From an uncultured SAR86 cluster bacterium (GTDB lineage: Bacteria; Pseudomonadota; Gammaproteobacteria; Magnimaribacterales; D2472): a stretch of DNA of 64,000 nucleotides. Location: assembly GCA_902547295.1 (NCBI GenBank), contig CACCNJ010000001.1:105137-169136 (forward strand), given 5' to 3'. The position numbers and the translations under genes are program-made. Of this stretch, positions 55,144 through 64,000 are shown piece after piece. Each line of letters opens with the position of its first letter. Within the stretch, counting starts at the first letter, position 1. The notes under the pieces are model-generated. The model did not search any database, was not told the origin of the DNA, and saw nothing but the letters and a program-made list of their open reading frames with translations.

Positions 55144-55253
55144 AATAAATATATAATCAATTTAAGGTCACATCTTACATTGTTTGCAAAAAAACTAGAA
55201 CTTTAATCTATCAAAAGGTAGGATATGCAGTCCTGAACGTATTAAATAAAGAA

Positions 55254-56240
55254 ATGACAATAAACAAAGAAATTGATTTACCAAATAAACCTGATAGTAA
55301 AATCAGTGTTGCTGATGTTTTTGATATTGATTCAAAGCTCACTGTTAAAGGTTTTGCAAAAAAAACAGCGTGGGTTCCAGAGATTGATAGCTCCTATGTA
55401 TTTGATAAAGAGACAACTCTATCTGTTTTGGCTGGATTTGACCATAACAGAAGAGTAATGATTCAAGGCTTTCATGGAACAGGCAAATCTACACATATTG
55501 AACAAATTGCAGCCAGATTAAATTGGCCATGCGTTCGAATAAATTTAGACAGTCACATCAGCAGAATTGATTTGCTTGGAAAGGATGCTATTAAACTAAA
55601 TGATGGAAAACAAATCACTGAATTTCAAGAAGGTCTTCTTCCCTGGTCAATTCAAAATCCTGTTGCACTTGTTTTTGATGAATATGATGCTGGTCGTCCA
55701 GATGTTATGTTTGTTATTCAAAGGATACTTGAAGTTGAAGGCAAACTTACTCTTTTAGATCAAAATAAAATTATAAACCCTCATTCATCATTTAGACTTT
55801 TTGCAACAACGAATACTGTGGGCTTAGGAGATATGACTGGTTTATATCACGGAACACAACAGATAAATCAAGGCCAAATGGATCGTTGGCATATCCTTTC
55901 AACATTAAATTATTTAGATCCCTCACAGGAGCTAAAGGTTGTGATGTCAAAACTGAATAATCTTAAAGGAGAAAAGAATAAAGAAATCATAAAAAACATG
56001 ATTAAGCTTGCAAATCTAACTAGAGTTGGATTTGCCAATGGTGATATCTCAACATTAATGTCTCCGAGAACGGTTATATCATGGGGGCAAAATTTTAAAA
56101 TTTTTAAAGACCTTGTTTCATCATTTAATCTTACTTTTCTAAATAAATGTGATGATATTGAAAAGTCCATTATTTCTGAATATTTTCAAAGATGTTTTGA
56201 TATTGAAATTAATACTGGAGAATCAGGCTCGTCTTCTTAA
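55254..56240 (+). CDS. cobS: CobS-type AAA+ ATPase (cobaltochelatase subunit CobS homologue)
   Basis: 328 aa, near-colinear with the CobS sequence I recall: [108 protein letters not shown]. Confidence 0.93.
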   Translation: MTINKEIDLPNKPDSKISVADVFDIDSKLTVKGFAKKTAWVPEIDSSYVFDKETTLSVLAGFDHNRRVMIQGFHGTGKSTHIEQIAARLNWPCVRINLDSHISRIDLLGKDAIKLNDGKQITEFQEGLLPWSIQNPVALVFDEYDAGRPDVMFVIQRILEVEGKLTLLDQNKIINPHSSFRLFATTNTVGLGDMTGLYHGTQQINQGQMDRWHILSTLNYLDPSQELKVVMSKLNNLKGEKNKEIIKNMIKLANLTRVGFANGDISTLMSPRTVISWGQNFKIFKDLVSSFNLTFLNKCDDIEKSIISEYFQRCFDIEINTGESGSSS

Positions 56241-58003
56241 TGAGTTGGACTAAAAAAAGAGAAAGATTGCATGAAGCAGCTGTTTCTACAATAAGAGCTA
56301 TTTCAAACAATAAAAAAATCTCTTCTAATACAGGATTATCACAAAGACCACCAACAAGCAGTCATGTCGCTTTACCTAATGTTCCAAGATCTTTTAAGGA
56401 TTTAAATAAATGGCGAGGAGAATCTGATTTTCAAGCGTTTTGGCATTTATTTCATAAGAAAAGTAAAGATTTACAACTTACTCTCCCTGCAAGAATGATT
56501 TTTAATGAATTAGAAATTGCTAGAGTTGAATTATTAGGTTCTTCAAAATACCTTGGTTCTGAAAGAAATATATCAGAATATACAAATTCTAGAAGCAATG
56601 AAATGGAAGATGAAAAATCTCTAAATTTTTTATCTTACGGAGCAAATTTATGGCTTAAAGAATTTATGAATTTTGATTTAAGTGAAAATTCAAAAAATAT
56701 AATTTCGAAATTTATCAAAAAATATAAGATTGATTCGTCTACAAACAAAATTCGAGAAAATCTAATAAAAAATCTTGATGATCAAGCGAAGTTTGAAAAA
56801 AATGCAATCCAATTTCTTCAAAAATTAGAACTAGTTAAAGAAAATATTGAAGATGAAGAAAATAATTTTGAAGAAGCATCTGGATCAACAGATGATATTG
56901 TCAATGAAGAAGAAACTATTCAAGAAGATTCAGGAATTGAAGAAAAAATAGATTTAAAAGATTTTGATGGTGACTTAAATGTTGATATTCAAGATGCGAT
57001 TGAAAACATTGATGATACCTCATTCGAAGATGAGATCGAGTCTCTAACATATCCTAATAATGATTTCCAAACTTCATATATAGACGACTATTCTATTTAT
57101 ACATCAAATTTTGATGAGATTATTGATGCCAAAGATCTGGTTACAAATGAAGAATCGATGCGTTTAAGAAATCAATTAGATAATTTAATTAAGCCACACA
57201 TCTCAACCATTGGAAAATTAGCAAATAGGCTACAAAGATTGCTTTTGGCTAAACAAAATACAAGTTGGAATTTTAATCTTGAAGAGGGAATTCTTGATAA
57301 CTCAAGATTACACCGAGTTATTGCTAGTCCTGGATACCCTCTTAGCTTCAAACAAGAAACTGAGAATGATTTTAAAGACACCATTGTTACTTTATTAATA
57401 GATAATTCTGGATCAATGCGAGGAAGGTCTATAAGCTTGGCAGCTATATGTGCTGATATTATAGGAAGTACCTTAGAAAGATGTCAGGTAAAGACCGAAA
57501 TATTAGGTTTTACAACTAAACATTGGAAAGGCGGTGACTCCAAAAAATTATGGATTATAAATGGAAGTCGATCTAATCCAGGCAGATTGAATGATATCAG
57601 ACACATAATTTATAAGAGTGCAGATAATAGTTGGAGAAGATCAAGAAAATATTTTGGTGCAATGTTAAGGGAAGGCCTATTAAAGGAAAATGTTGATGGG
57701 GAAGCGCTTGTATGGTCACATGATAGGCTTCTTAAAAGACATGAAGAGCGAAAAATATTAATTGTAATTTCCGATGGCGCGCCGGTTGACGATAGTACCT
57801 TGTCCGCAAATCGTGAAGACTTCTTAGATAATCATCTTAGAGAAATTATTTCAAAAATTGAAAAAGATAGCCCAGTTGAACTTCAAGCAATTGGAATTGG
57901 GCATGATGTAACAAAATATTACAAAAATGCACTAACTATAAATAGGGCTGAAGAGCTTGGAGAAGTGCTATTAGAGGAACTAACAAAGCTTTTCAAGGAT
58001 TAA
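56240..58003 (+). CDS. cobT: CobT-type vWA protein (cobaltochelatase subunit CobT homologue)
   Basis: 587 aa with a TAATG junction to cobS, a long acidic linker ([27 protein letters not shown]...) and a C-terminal vWA domain with [16 protein letters not shown] and ..[15 protein letters not shown]. Confidence 0.88.
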   Translation: MSWTKKRERLHEAAVSTIRAISNNKKISSNTGLSQRPPTSSHVALPNVPRSFKDLNKWRGESDFQAFWHLFHKKSKDLQLTLPARMIFNELEIARVELLGSSKYLGSERNISEYTNSRSNEMEDEKSLNFLSYGANLWLKEFMNFDLSENSKNIISKFIKKYKIDSSTNKIRENLIKNLDDQAKFEKNAIQFLQKLELVKENIEDEENNFEEASGSTDDIVNEEETIQEDSGIEEKIDLKDFDGDLNVDIQDAIENIDDTSFEDEIESLTYPNNDFQTSYIDDYSIYTSNFDEIIDAKDLVTNEESMRLRNQLDNLIKPHISTIGKLANRLQRLLLAKQNTSWNFNLEEGILDNSRLHRVIASPGYPLSFKQETENDFKDTIVTLLIDNSGSMRGRSISLAAICADIIGSTLERCQVKTEILGFTTKHWKGGDSKKLWIINGSRSNPGRLNDIRHIIYKSADNSWRRSRKYFGAMLREGLLKENVDGEALVWSHDRLLKRHEERKILIVISDGAPVDDSTLSANREDFLDNHLREIISKIEKDSPVELQAIGIGHDVTKYYKNALTINRAEELGEVLLEELTKLFKD

Positions 58004-58065
58004 ACATTGCTATAAAATACTACTTTAACAGGGAATTTTAAATAATTTTATAGGTAATTATCATT

Positions 58066-59172
58066 ATGAAAATTCGTAACCAAGATGGGCCACCAGAGGA
58101 TTTACTTTACTTCGATGAAGACTTAGATCTGTCCCAAAAACAAGTTGAAGATGTTGTTGAGATCTTTAAGACGCCTCTCACTGGAGCATATAACTGGGAT
58201 TACACTATTGCAGACAACAGAATTAAAAAACTTTATGAATTAGGTAAGGAGCTTAATTGGAATGGCTCAATTGATTTGAACTGGGACTATACTCACCCTG
58301 CTGATGAAAAACTAGTTGAACCTGATGAAGAGTTACCTCATGAGGCGCTAGAAGCTTATCAAGCTCTCTCAGAAGAAGAAAAAATACTTTTTGATAGACA
58401 TAATACTGCGGAATTAATGAGTCAATTTCTTCATGGAGAACAAGGCGCACTACTTGTAGCATCTCAATTAGCAAGCTGCGCTCCAACTTATAATGCGAAA
58501 CTTTATGCTGCCTCTCAAACCTTTGATGAAGCAAGACATGTTGAAGTATTCAATAGATATCTTCAGGATAAAATTGGTATTCACTACCCTATTAATCCAT
58601 CATTAAAATTATTACTTGATAAGATTCTCACTGATGAGAGATGGGACTTAAAGTTTATTGGAATGCAGATAATCATTGAAGGCTTAGCTCTTGCGGCATT
58701 TCAGATGCTTAAATCTATTACAAAAGACCCACTGTTAAAACAACTACTTCACTATGTTGTTCGCGATGAAGCACGTCACGTAACATTTGGAATAAATTAT
58801 CTTGAGGACTACTTAACAACATTATCAAAAGAAGAAATAAATGAAAGAGCTCAGTTTGCTTATGAAGCATGTGTTATTTCTAGAGATAGACTTGTAAATA
58901 CTCAAGCTGAACAGAGATTCCTAAAGATGACTGCTGAAGAAGCTAGAGAATTTCAGTTAAGTACTGGTACTTTTGAAATGTTTAGAAACTTCTTATTTTC
59001 AAGAGTAATGCCAAACCTAAAGAGAATAGGTCTATTAACAGATGAGGTTAGGCCAAAATTCGAGGCACTTGGATTGCTAGAATATGAGCATGCGCCAGAT
59101 GATTTTGAATGTGATTGGGCAGAAATGAAAAAGCCTCTTGAAAAATTTGGACAAATTCCAACCAATCTATAA
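58066..59172 (+). CDS. ferritin-like di-iron carboxylate protein (AurF / p-aminobenzoate N-oxygenase-like family)
   Basis: 368 aa with two DEARH metal motifs (TFDEARHVEVFNRYL; VVRDEARHVTFGINYL) plus upstream Glu-containing helices (HGEQGALL; IIIEGLALAAF). Confidence 0.65.
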   Translation: MKIRNQDGPPEDLLYFDEDLDLSQKQVEDVVEIFKTPLTGAYNWDYTIADNRIKKLYELGKELNWNGSIDLNWDYTHPADEKLVEPDEELPHEALEAYQALSEEEKILFDRHNTAELMSQFLHGEQGALLVASQLASCAPTYNAKLYAASQTFDEARHVEVFNRYLQDKIGIHYPINPSLKLLLDKILTDERWDLKFIGMQIIIEGLALAAFQMLKSITKDPLLKQLLHYVVRDEARHVTFGINYLEDYLTTLSKEEINERAQFAYEACVISRDRLVNTQAEQRFLKMTAEEAREFQLSTGTFEMFRNFLFSRVMPNLKRIGLLTDEVRPKFEALGLLEYEHAPDDFECDWAEMKKPLEKFGQIPTNL

Positions 59173-59232
59173 CTTTAAATTTAAATATATGGCCATACTT
59201 AAAAAGTATGTTACGAAATACGGAGATTATTA

Positions 59233-60024
59233 ATGTCTAAACATGCAGCTCTTGATACTTTTGGAAGATCTGGAAATCCAGTTATAAGATCTTCTGCATT
59301 TGATTCACGAGCATCATCAGATTCTGAAAGAATGACTTTAGACGGTGCAGTAAATAAGACAGCAATAATGCTAGCAATTCTTATATCTACAGCAGCGATT
59401 TCATGGAACTTTCCAAGCCCTTTGATTGTCATGCTCTCATATATTGGCATATTTGCGGCAGCAATAGCGAGTGTTGTTACTTTTGGTTTTTGGATGCCTT
59501 TTATTGGTTTCATAATTAATCCAAGGCCCTACTTAGCCCCAAAGACCTGGTTAGTATTTGCCTTTGGAGAGGGATTTTTTATAGGCTTGGTCTCTTTGTC
59601 ATTTGAAACAATGTTTCCTGGTATAGTTCTTGAGGCAGTATCTTTAACATTTTGTGTTGCTGCGACGTTATTATTCTTATATAAATCTGGTATTGTTAAA
59701 CCAAGTCAAAACTTCGTCTTAATGGTCTGCTCTGCTGTTTTTGGTATCTTCTTATTTTACATAGGAACGCTTATATACTCTTTAATTACTGGTGTATCTC
59801 CAGAAATATTTTCAGGCAGTAGTAATGCGTCTATTGGATTATCTTTATTCATAGTAGCTATGGCGGCATTTAGTCTAGTACTTGATTTTGACATCATTGA
59901 ACAATCTGCTGAATATGGTTCTCCAAAGTATATGGAATATTTTGGTGCAATGGCTTTGGTTACAACTTTAATTTGGCTTTATATTGAAATACTGAGGCTT
60001 TTAGCGAAGTTCAGATCTAGATAG
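59233..60024 (+). CDS. Bax-inhibitor-1-like (BaxI_1 / YccA-related) integral membrane protein
   Basis: 263 aa with N-terminal ..RSGNPVIRSSAF.. followed by about 7 hydrophobic helices. Confidence 0.6.
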   Translation: MSKHAALDTFGRSGNPVIRSSAFDSRASSDSERMTLDGAVNKTAIMLAILISTAAISWNFPSPLIVMLSYIGIFAAAIASVVTFGFWMPFIGFIINPRPYLAPKTWLVFAFGEGFFIGLVSLSFETMFPGIVLEAVSLTFCVAATLLFLYKSGIVKPSQNFVLMVCSAVFGIFLFYIGTLIYSLITGVSPEIFSGSSNASIGLSLFIVAMAAFSLVLDFDIIEQSAEYGSPKYMEYFGAMALVTTLIWLYIEILRLLAKFRSR

Positions 60025-60245
60025 TGTTTTCTTCAAATCCTTTGATTCTATTTCTTGGATTAGTTTCCTTTGGAATATTCTTCTATTTATTAAGAATACG
60101 AGCATCTAAAAATCAAATAGAGTCTTTTGAAAACAAAAAGAGAATGAATTGGTCTTGGTTATGGTTAAGATATGGAAAAAATAAATCAAAATCAAATGTT
60201 ATTGAAGGTGAAGCGAAAGAGGTAAATCATGAAGAAAAGAAATAA
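60024..60245 (+). CDS. hypothetical small membrane protein
   Basis: 73 aa with one TM (LILFLGLVSFGIFFYLL) and a basic tail. Its GTG start shares a TAGTG junction with the preceding gene, and it overlaps the next gene by 17 nt. Confidence 0.45.
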   Translation: MFSSNPLILFLGLVSFGIFFYLLRIRASKNQIESFENKKRMNWSWLWLRYGKNKSKSNVIEGEAKEVNHEEKK

Positions 60246-62424
60246 TCCGCCAATAAAAAATCTTAGATTAATATTTTTTACTACATTAACACTACACATT
60301 GTGGGTTATGAATTGAATCAAGATCCTCAAATAATTCAACCAGGCGCACCAGGTAATCCATCAAAAGTAATTGATGCAAAAGAAGCAACAGATATTGCTA
60401 ATACTTCATATATAAAAGCTGATGTTGATTTTCTTCAAGGAATGATTGTTCATCATGAACAAGCTATTGTGATGTCTGAAATGGCAGATGAAAGAACAAA
60501 TAATAAATCAATTTTAGATCTTGCAAAAAGAATTGATGCATCTCAAAAAGATGAGATTAACTTCATGGAATCTTGGTTAAAAGATAGAAATGAATTTAAA
60601 AAATTAGCAGATGAACATCATCATAATCATCACGATCACAAGATGCATAACCATATAGATATGGTTGGGATGGCTACTCCTAAACAGCTTGACGATTTAA
60701 GCAATTCTGATAGTACTAGTTTTGATAGGTTATTCCTTAAATTAATGATAAATCATCACGATGGCGCATTAGAAATGGTTGAGGAGTTAAAAAAATATCC
60801 TGGAAATACCTATGATCCAATATTAAATGAATTTGTTTCTGATTTAATTAATGATCAAGGTGTTGAAATTGAAAGAATGAACACCCTACTAACTAGTTTA
60901 TCTGATGATCCTAGAGCCGGTTTGGCTGGAGGACTATTCATTGCCGAAGAAGCTATTTTGAATATGGAGCTAATAACATCATTAAAAAAACCAACTGGTT
61001 TTTTTGATCCTGAAAATCCTGCTGCAAAAGGCTCGGAGGATTTGACTGAGGATAATGAAGATAAAACTACTGCAGAAATTTCTAGATCTTTAAGATCGCC
61101 AATGTTGTCTTTTGCAAATACTGATATGGCTTTTAAAGATAATATTCTTGTTGCTGGAAGTTATCATGGATTTAATATCTATGAGCTTGGGAATGATGGC
61201 ATTCCGAGTCTAATTTCATCAGTTGTATGTCCTGGTGGTCAAGGAGATGTTTCAATTGTTGGAAATCTTTTGATTATGTCTGTAGAAGAAAATAGAAGCA
61301 GAATAGATTGTGGACTTGAGGGTGTAAATAGTGATTCAAGTCCTGAAAGGTTTAGAGGTATTAGAATCTTTGATATATCTAATTTATATAAGCCAAAACA
61401 AGTTGGAGCTGTTCAAACCTGCAGAGGTTCACACACTCACTCTGTGGTATCTAGTGATAGAAAAAAAATTATAGTTTATAACTCTGGCACTGGGAGAGTT
61501 AGAGATACAGAAGAAAAGGAAGAATGTTTTGGTTGGGATGGTGGAGGCTCGTCATATTTTTCGATTGATATAATTGAAATACCAATTAAAAATCCTTCGA
61601 GATCTAAAATTGTTAAAAGCCCTAGGGTCTTTATGGACCTAGAAACTGGCAATGTTGCAGGATTATGGCGAGGTGGTGACCATGGTGATGATACCCAAGA
61701 TACAAACTCAACCAATCAATGTCATGATATTACGGTTTTCCCATCTGCAAATATTGCTGCTGGTGCGTGTTCTGGTAATGGAATCTTATTTGATATAACT
61801 GATCCCTATAACCCTGAAAGACTTGATGTTGTAACTGATATTGGTTTTGCTTATTGGCATTCTGCAACATTTAATAATGATGGTACAAAAGTAATTTTTA
61901 CTGACGAATGGGGTGGCGGTGGTCGAGCAAGATGTCGTGCATGGGATCCTTTAGACTGGGGAGCAGATGCTATTTATGATATTGTTGATAAAAAATTGGT
62001 CTTCAAAAGTCATTACAAAATGCCAGCACCTCAGTTAGAAACTGAAAACTGCGTTGCCCACAATGGATCAATTATTCCAATACCTAATAGGGATATATTT
62101 GTACAAGCATGGTATCAAGGTGGTGTTTCTATAATGGATTTCACTGACTCTTCTATGCCTAAAGAAATAGCTTATTTTGATAGAGGTCCTATCCTTGAAG
62201 ATATATTGATTACTGGGGGGTATTGGTCAACATATTATTACGATGGCTTTATTTATGGTACTGAAATAACTAGAGGTCTTGATGTTTTTAGGTTAACACC
62301 AAGTGAATATATTAGTGAAAAGGAAATAGAAGCTGCTTCAAAAGCATTCCCAGCAGTTGGCGATAGTGTATTCAATCCACAACAACAATTCCCAATGGCT
62401 TGGCCTGCAACTTTTTTAGAATAA
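60229..62424 (+). CDS. exported DUF305 (four-helix, His-motif) domain fused to a beta-propeller (LVIVD-repeat-like) domain; His-rich linker
   Basis: 731 aa with an N-terminal hydrophobic signal/anchor and two DUF305 half-motifs (DVDFLQGMIVHHEQAIVMSEM; FDRLFLKLMINHHDGALEMVEEL). Between them is DEHHHNHHDHKMHNH (nt ~60613-60654). The C-terminal ~430 aa carries repeated blade-like segments (NILVAGSYHGFNIYEL, GNLLIMSVEE, KKIIVYNSG, GNGILFDITD). Confidence 0.6.
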   Translation: MKKRNNPPIKNLRLIFFTTLTLHIVGYELNQDPQIIQPGAPGNPSKVIDAKEATDIANTSYIKADVDFLQGMIVHHEQAIVMSEMADERTNNKSILDLAKRIDASQKDEINFMESWLKDRNEFKKLADEHHHNHHDHKMHNHIDMVGMATPKQLDDLSNSDSTSFDRLFLKLMINHHDGALEMVEELKKYPGNTYDPILNEFVSDLINDQGVEIERMNTLLTSLSDDPRAGLAGGLFIAEEAILNMELITSLKKPTGFFDPENPAAKGSEDLTEDNEDKTTAEISRSLRSPMLSFANTDMAFKDNILVAGSYHGFNIYELGNDGIPSLISSVVCPGGQGDVSIVGNLLIMSVEENRSRIDCGLEGVNSDSSPERFRGIRIFDISNLYKPKQVGAVQTCRGSHTHSVVSSDRKKIIVYNSGTGRVRDTEEKEECFGWDGGGSSYFSIDIIEIPIKNPSRSKIVKSPRVFMDLETGNVAGLWRGGDHGDDTQDTNSTNQCHDITVFPSANIAAGACSGNGILFDITDPYNPERLDVVTDIGFAYWHSATFNNDGTKVIFTDEWGGGGRARCRAWDPLDWGADAIYDIVDKKLVFKSHYKMPAPQLETENCVAHNGSIIPIPNRDIFVQAWYQGGVSIMDFTDSSMPKEIAYFDRGPILEDILITGGYWSTYYYDGFIYGTEITRGLDVFRLTPSEYISEKEIEAASKAFPAVGDSVFNPQQQFPMAWPATFLE

Positions 62425-62433
62425 AGTTTAAAA

Positions 62434-63246
62434 ATGTTTGTTGCTATTGATTTTGGAATAACAAACACAGATGTCGTAGTTAATCAAAATGGTGATGATA
62501 TATTCTATTCATTTCCATCTAGATCAATAACAACTGATTTTATTGATTATATCTTTAACGTAATTGATGTAGATTTTGTTAATTTGCATAAAATTGGAGT
62601 AACTGGCGGTAAATCTAGTAATTTAAGTGACACATATAAAGATGTTCCCATTATTAAAATTAATGAAGTAGATGCAATAGGCCTTGGTGCGATAGCTTTA
62701 TATGATATTTCTGAAGAGTCTTTTATAGCTGTAAGTGCTGGAACTGGGACTGCATGTATTCATCATAATAATGGTAAATTTAACCACTTAGGAGGAATAT
62801 CAGTTGGAGGTGGGACATTGCAAGGCTTATCAAAATATTTAATAAGCACTGAAAATGCAAAAGATATAGAGGAATTAGCTAAAAAAGGAGATAGAAGTGA
62901 GTTAGATTTTTTGATTGGAGACGTTGTAAATGAAATTGGCTCTTTATATCCAGAAATTACTGCCTCAAATTTTGGTAAAGCAAAAAATAATAAAAATAAC
63001 TCTAAAGAAGATACTGCCGCATCCCTTTCAAACATGATTGGGGAAGTTATTGGAACAATATCTTATCTTAATGCTCTTTTATGTAATGAAAATAAAGTTT
63101 ATTTCTTAGGGAGAACAACTTTAAATAAAGTTGTCAAAACTGGTATTGAAGATAGGTTAAAACTTGCTAATATTATTGGTGTATTTAAAGAAAACAGAGA
63201 ATATGGTAATGTACTTGGTGCATTAAGATCTATTCGATCAGATTAA
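62434..63246 (+). CDS. type II pantothenate kinase-like protein (Fumble / CoaW family)
   Basis: 270 aa with MFVAIDFGITNTD, GVTGGKS, GGISVGGGTLQGLSKYL, GDRSELDFLIGDV..ITASNFG and ENREYGNVLGAL. It is colinear with the S. aureus type II PanK as I recall it (GGIGTGGGMIQGLGYLL, GDRNTIDLKV..LTAANFG, ENGAFSGAIGAL). Confidence 0.7.
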   Translation: MFVAIDFGITNTDVVVNQNGDDIFYSFPSRSITTDFIDYIFNVIDVDFVNLHKIGVTGGKSSNLSDTYKDVPIIKINEVDAIGLGAIALYDISEESFIAVSAGTGTACIHHNNGKFNHLGGISVGGGTLQGLSKYLISTENAKDIEELAKKGDRSELDFLIGDVVNEIGSLYPEITASNFGKAKNNKNNSKEDTAASLSNMIGEVIGTISYLNALLCNENKVYFLGRTTLNKVVKTGIEDRLKLANIIGVFKENREYGNVLGALRSIRSD

Positions 63247-63263
63247 AGGAATATTTATAGAAA

Positions 63264-64000
63264 ATGGAAGTATTAACAGATAAGTCAATAATTATTACGT
63301 TAGCTGTCCCAGCATTTTTTGTATTAATAATAATAGAATATTTTTACGGTTTATTTATTGGCAAAAATACATATCGTTTGAATGATACATTAACGAGTAT
63401 TTCTTTAGGCATGATAAGTAGATTTCCTGTTATGCTGAATTTTGGAGTTCAGAGTGCAATATTTATATACATTAGTAAGTATCTTAACCTAGGACTTTTG
63501 TCTGTTAAGAATCCTTTTACCTGGATAGCTGCCTTTCTTATGTATGACTTGTCATATTACTGGATGCATAGAATGCATCATGAGATAAAAATTTTATGGG
63601 CTACGCATAGCGTCCATCATCATGGAGAAGATTACAATTTAGCAACTGCTTTAAGACAAACTAGCACAGGATGGCTTTGGAAATGGATCTTCTATACACC
63701 AATGATGCTAATTGGAGTGCCTGGTGAAGTATTCGTAACTGTAGCAGGCATTAATTTAGTTTATCAATTTTGGGTTCACACAGAACACATAGGGAATCTA
63801 GGTTTTCTTGAAAAAATATTTATCACGCCGATGAATCATCGAATTCATCATGCAAAAAATAAAGATTACATAGATGCAAATTATGGAGGTGTTTTCATAA
63901 TTTGGGATAGGATGTTTGGGACTTATACTCCACAAAGAGAAGAGCTCAAACCTGTTTATGGAACAGCAACACCTTTGAACAGTTGGAATCCTATTTGGGC
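63264..64000 (+). CDS. fatty acid hydroxylase / sterol desaturase family membrane di-iron enzyme (alkylglycerol-monooxygenase-like); 3' end off window
   Basis: Hand translation from the ATG at 63264: MEVLTDKSIIITLAVPAFF...YRLNDTLTSISLG...YYWMHRMHHEIKILWATHSVHHHGEDYNL...WVHTEH...NHRIHHAKN...IWDRMFGTY. The His boxes are HRMHH, HSVHHH and HRIHH. The frame is open to base 64000. Confidence 0.8.
   Translation, partial: MEVLTDKSIIITLAVPAFFVLIIIEYFYGLFIGKNTYRLNDTLTSISLGMISRFPVMLNFGVQSAIFIYISKYLNLGLLSVKNPFTWIAAFLMYDLSYYWMHRMHHEIKILWATHSVHHHGEDYNLATALRQTSTGWLWKWIFYTPMMLIGVPGEVFVTVAGINLVYQFWVHTEHIGNLGFLEKIFITPMNHRIHHAKNKDYIDANYGGVFIIWDRMFGTYTPQREELKPVYGTATPLNSWNPIW

Noticed and set aside
55225-55236. 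Three-codon mini-ORF (ATG CAG TCC TGA) preceded by the only Shine-Dalgarno-like sequence (AAGGTAGGA) in the cobS leader
   Set aside because: It is too short to evaluate, and a chance ATG in a 110-nt spacer is likely. I noted it only because cobS itself lacks an obvious SD. It would need ribosome profiling to be taken seriously.
59194-59210. Hairpin CATACTT-AAA-AAGTATG downstream of the AurF-like gene as an intrinsic terminator
   Set aside because: The 7-bp stem is AT-rich with only two G:C pairs, and no T-tract follows. Its predicted stability is too low for a confident terminator call.

Overview
AT-rich, very gene-dense chromosomal segment of a Gammaproteobacterium. I call 61 CDS; the longest non-coding gaps are about 186, 165 and 110 nt, and many genes overlap by 1-26 nt. 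Gene order repeatedly matches the core backbone I recall from Pseudomonas and E. coli: gyrA; ubiG-HAD-SDR; xseB-ispA-dxs; glyA-nrdR-ribD-ribB-ribH-nusB; miaA..hflK-hflC-purA; ponA | aroK-aroB-gltB-gltD-hemE. It differs by clean deletions and local inversions, as expected for a streamlined, probably marine planktonic genome (SAR86-like; this is inference only). I saw no rRNA, tRNA, CRISPR array, transposase, full-length integrase or prophage. Items most worth follow-up: (1) 11426-12755, a DnaT-like protein with two tandem DnaT C-domain repeats, overlapping a phage-lambda-P-like protein inside a housekeeping operon; this may be a domesticated helicase-loader/restart module analogous to dnaT-dnaC. 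(2) 36276-39268, an overlapping GT4 glycosyltransferase / SAM-methyltransferase / alpha-alpha-toroid triad next to waaA-lpxL, product unknown. (3) gltB is flipped in place so that it faces gltD head-to-head, and GltD carries a ~92-aa N-terminal extension resembling an integrase Arm-type DNA-binding domain. (4) An orphan cobS-cobT pair with no cobN in the window leads a co-directional block: AurF-like di-iron protein, BaxI-like membrane protein, His-rich DUF305 + beta-propeller fusion, type II pantothenate kinase, fatty-acid-hydroxylase-family enzyme. (5) miaA has no ATG/GTG/TTG start; its only plausible start is an ATA that overlaps the glnB stop (TAATA). hfq-hflX are missing between miaA and hflK. 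All family assignments come from reading motifs in the supplied or hand-made translations. No database search was run.
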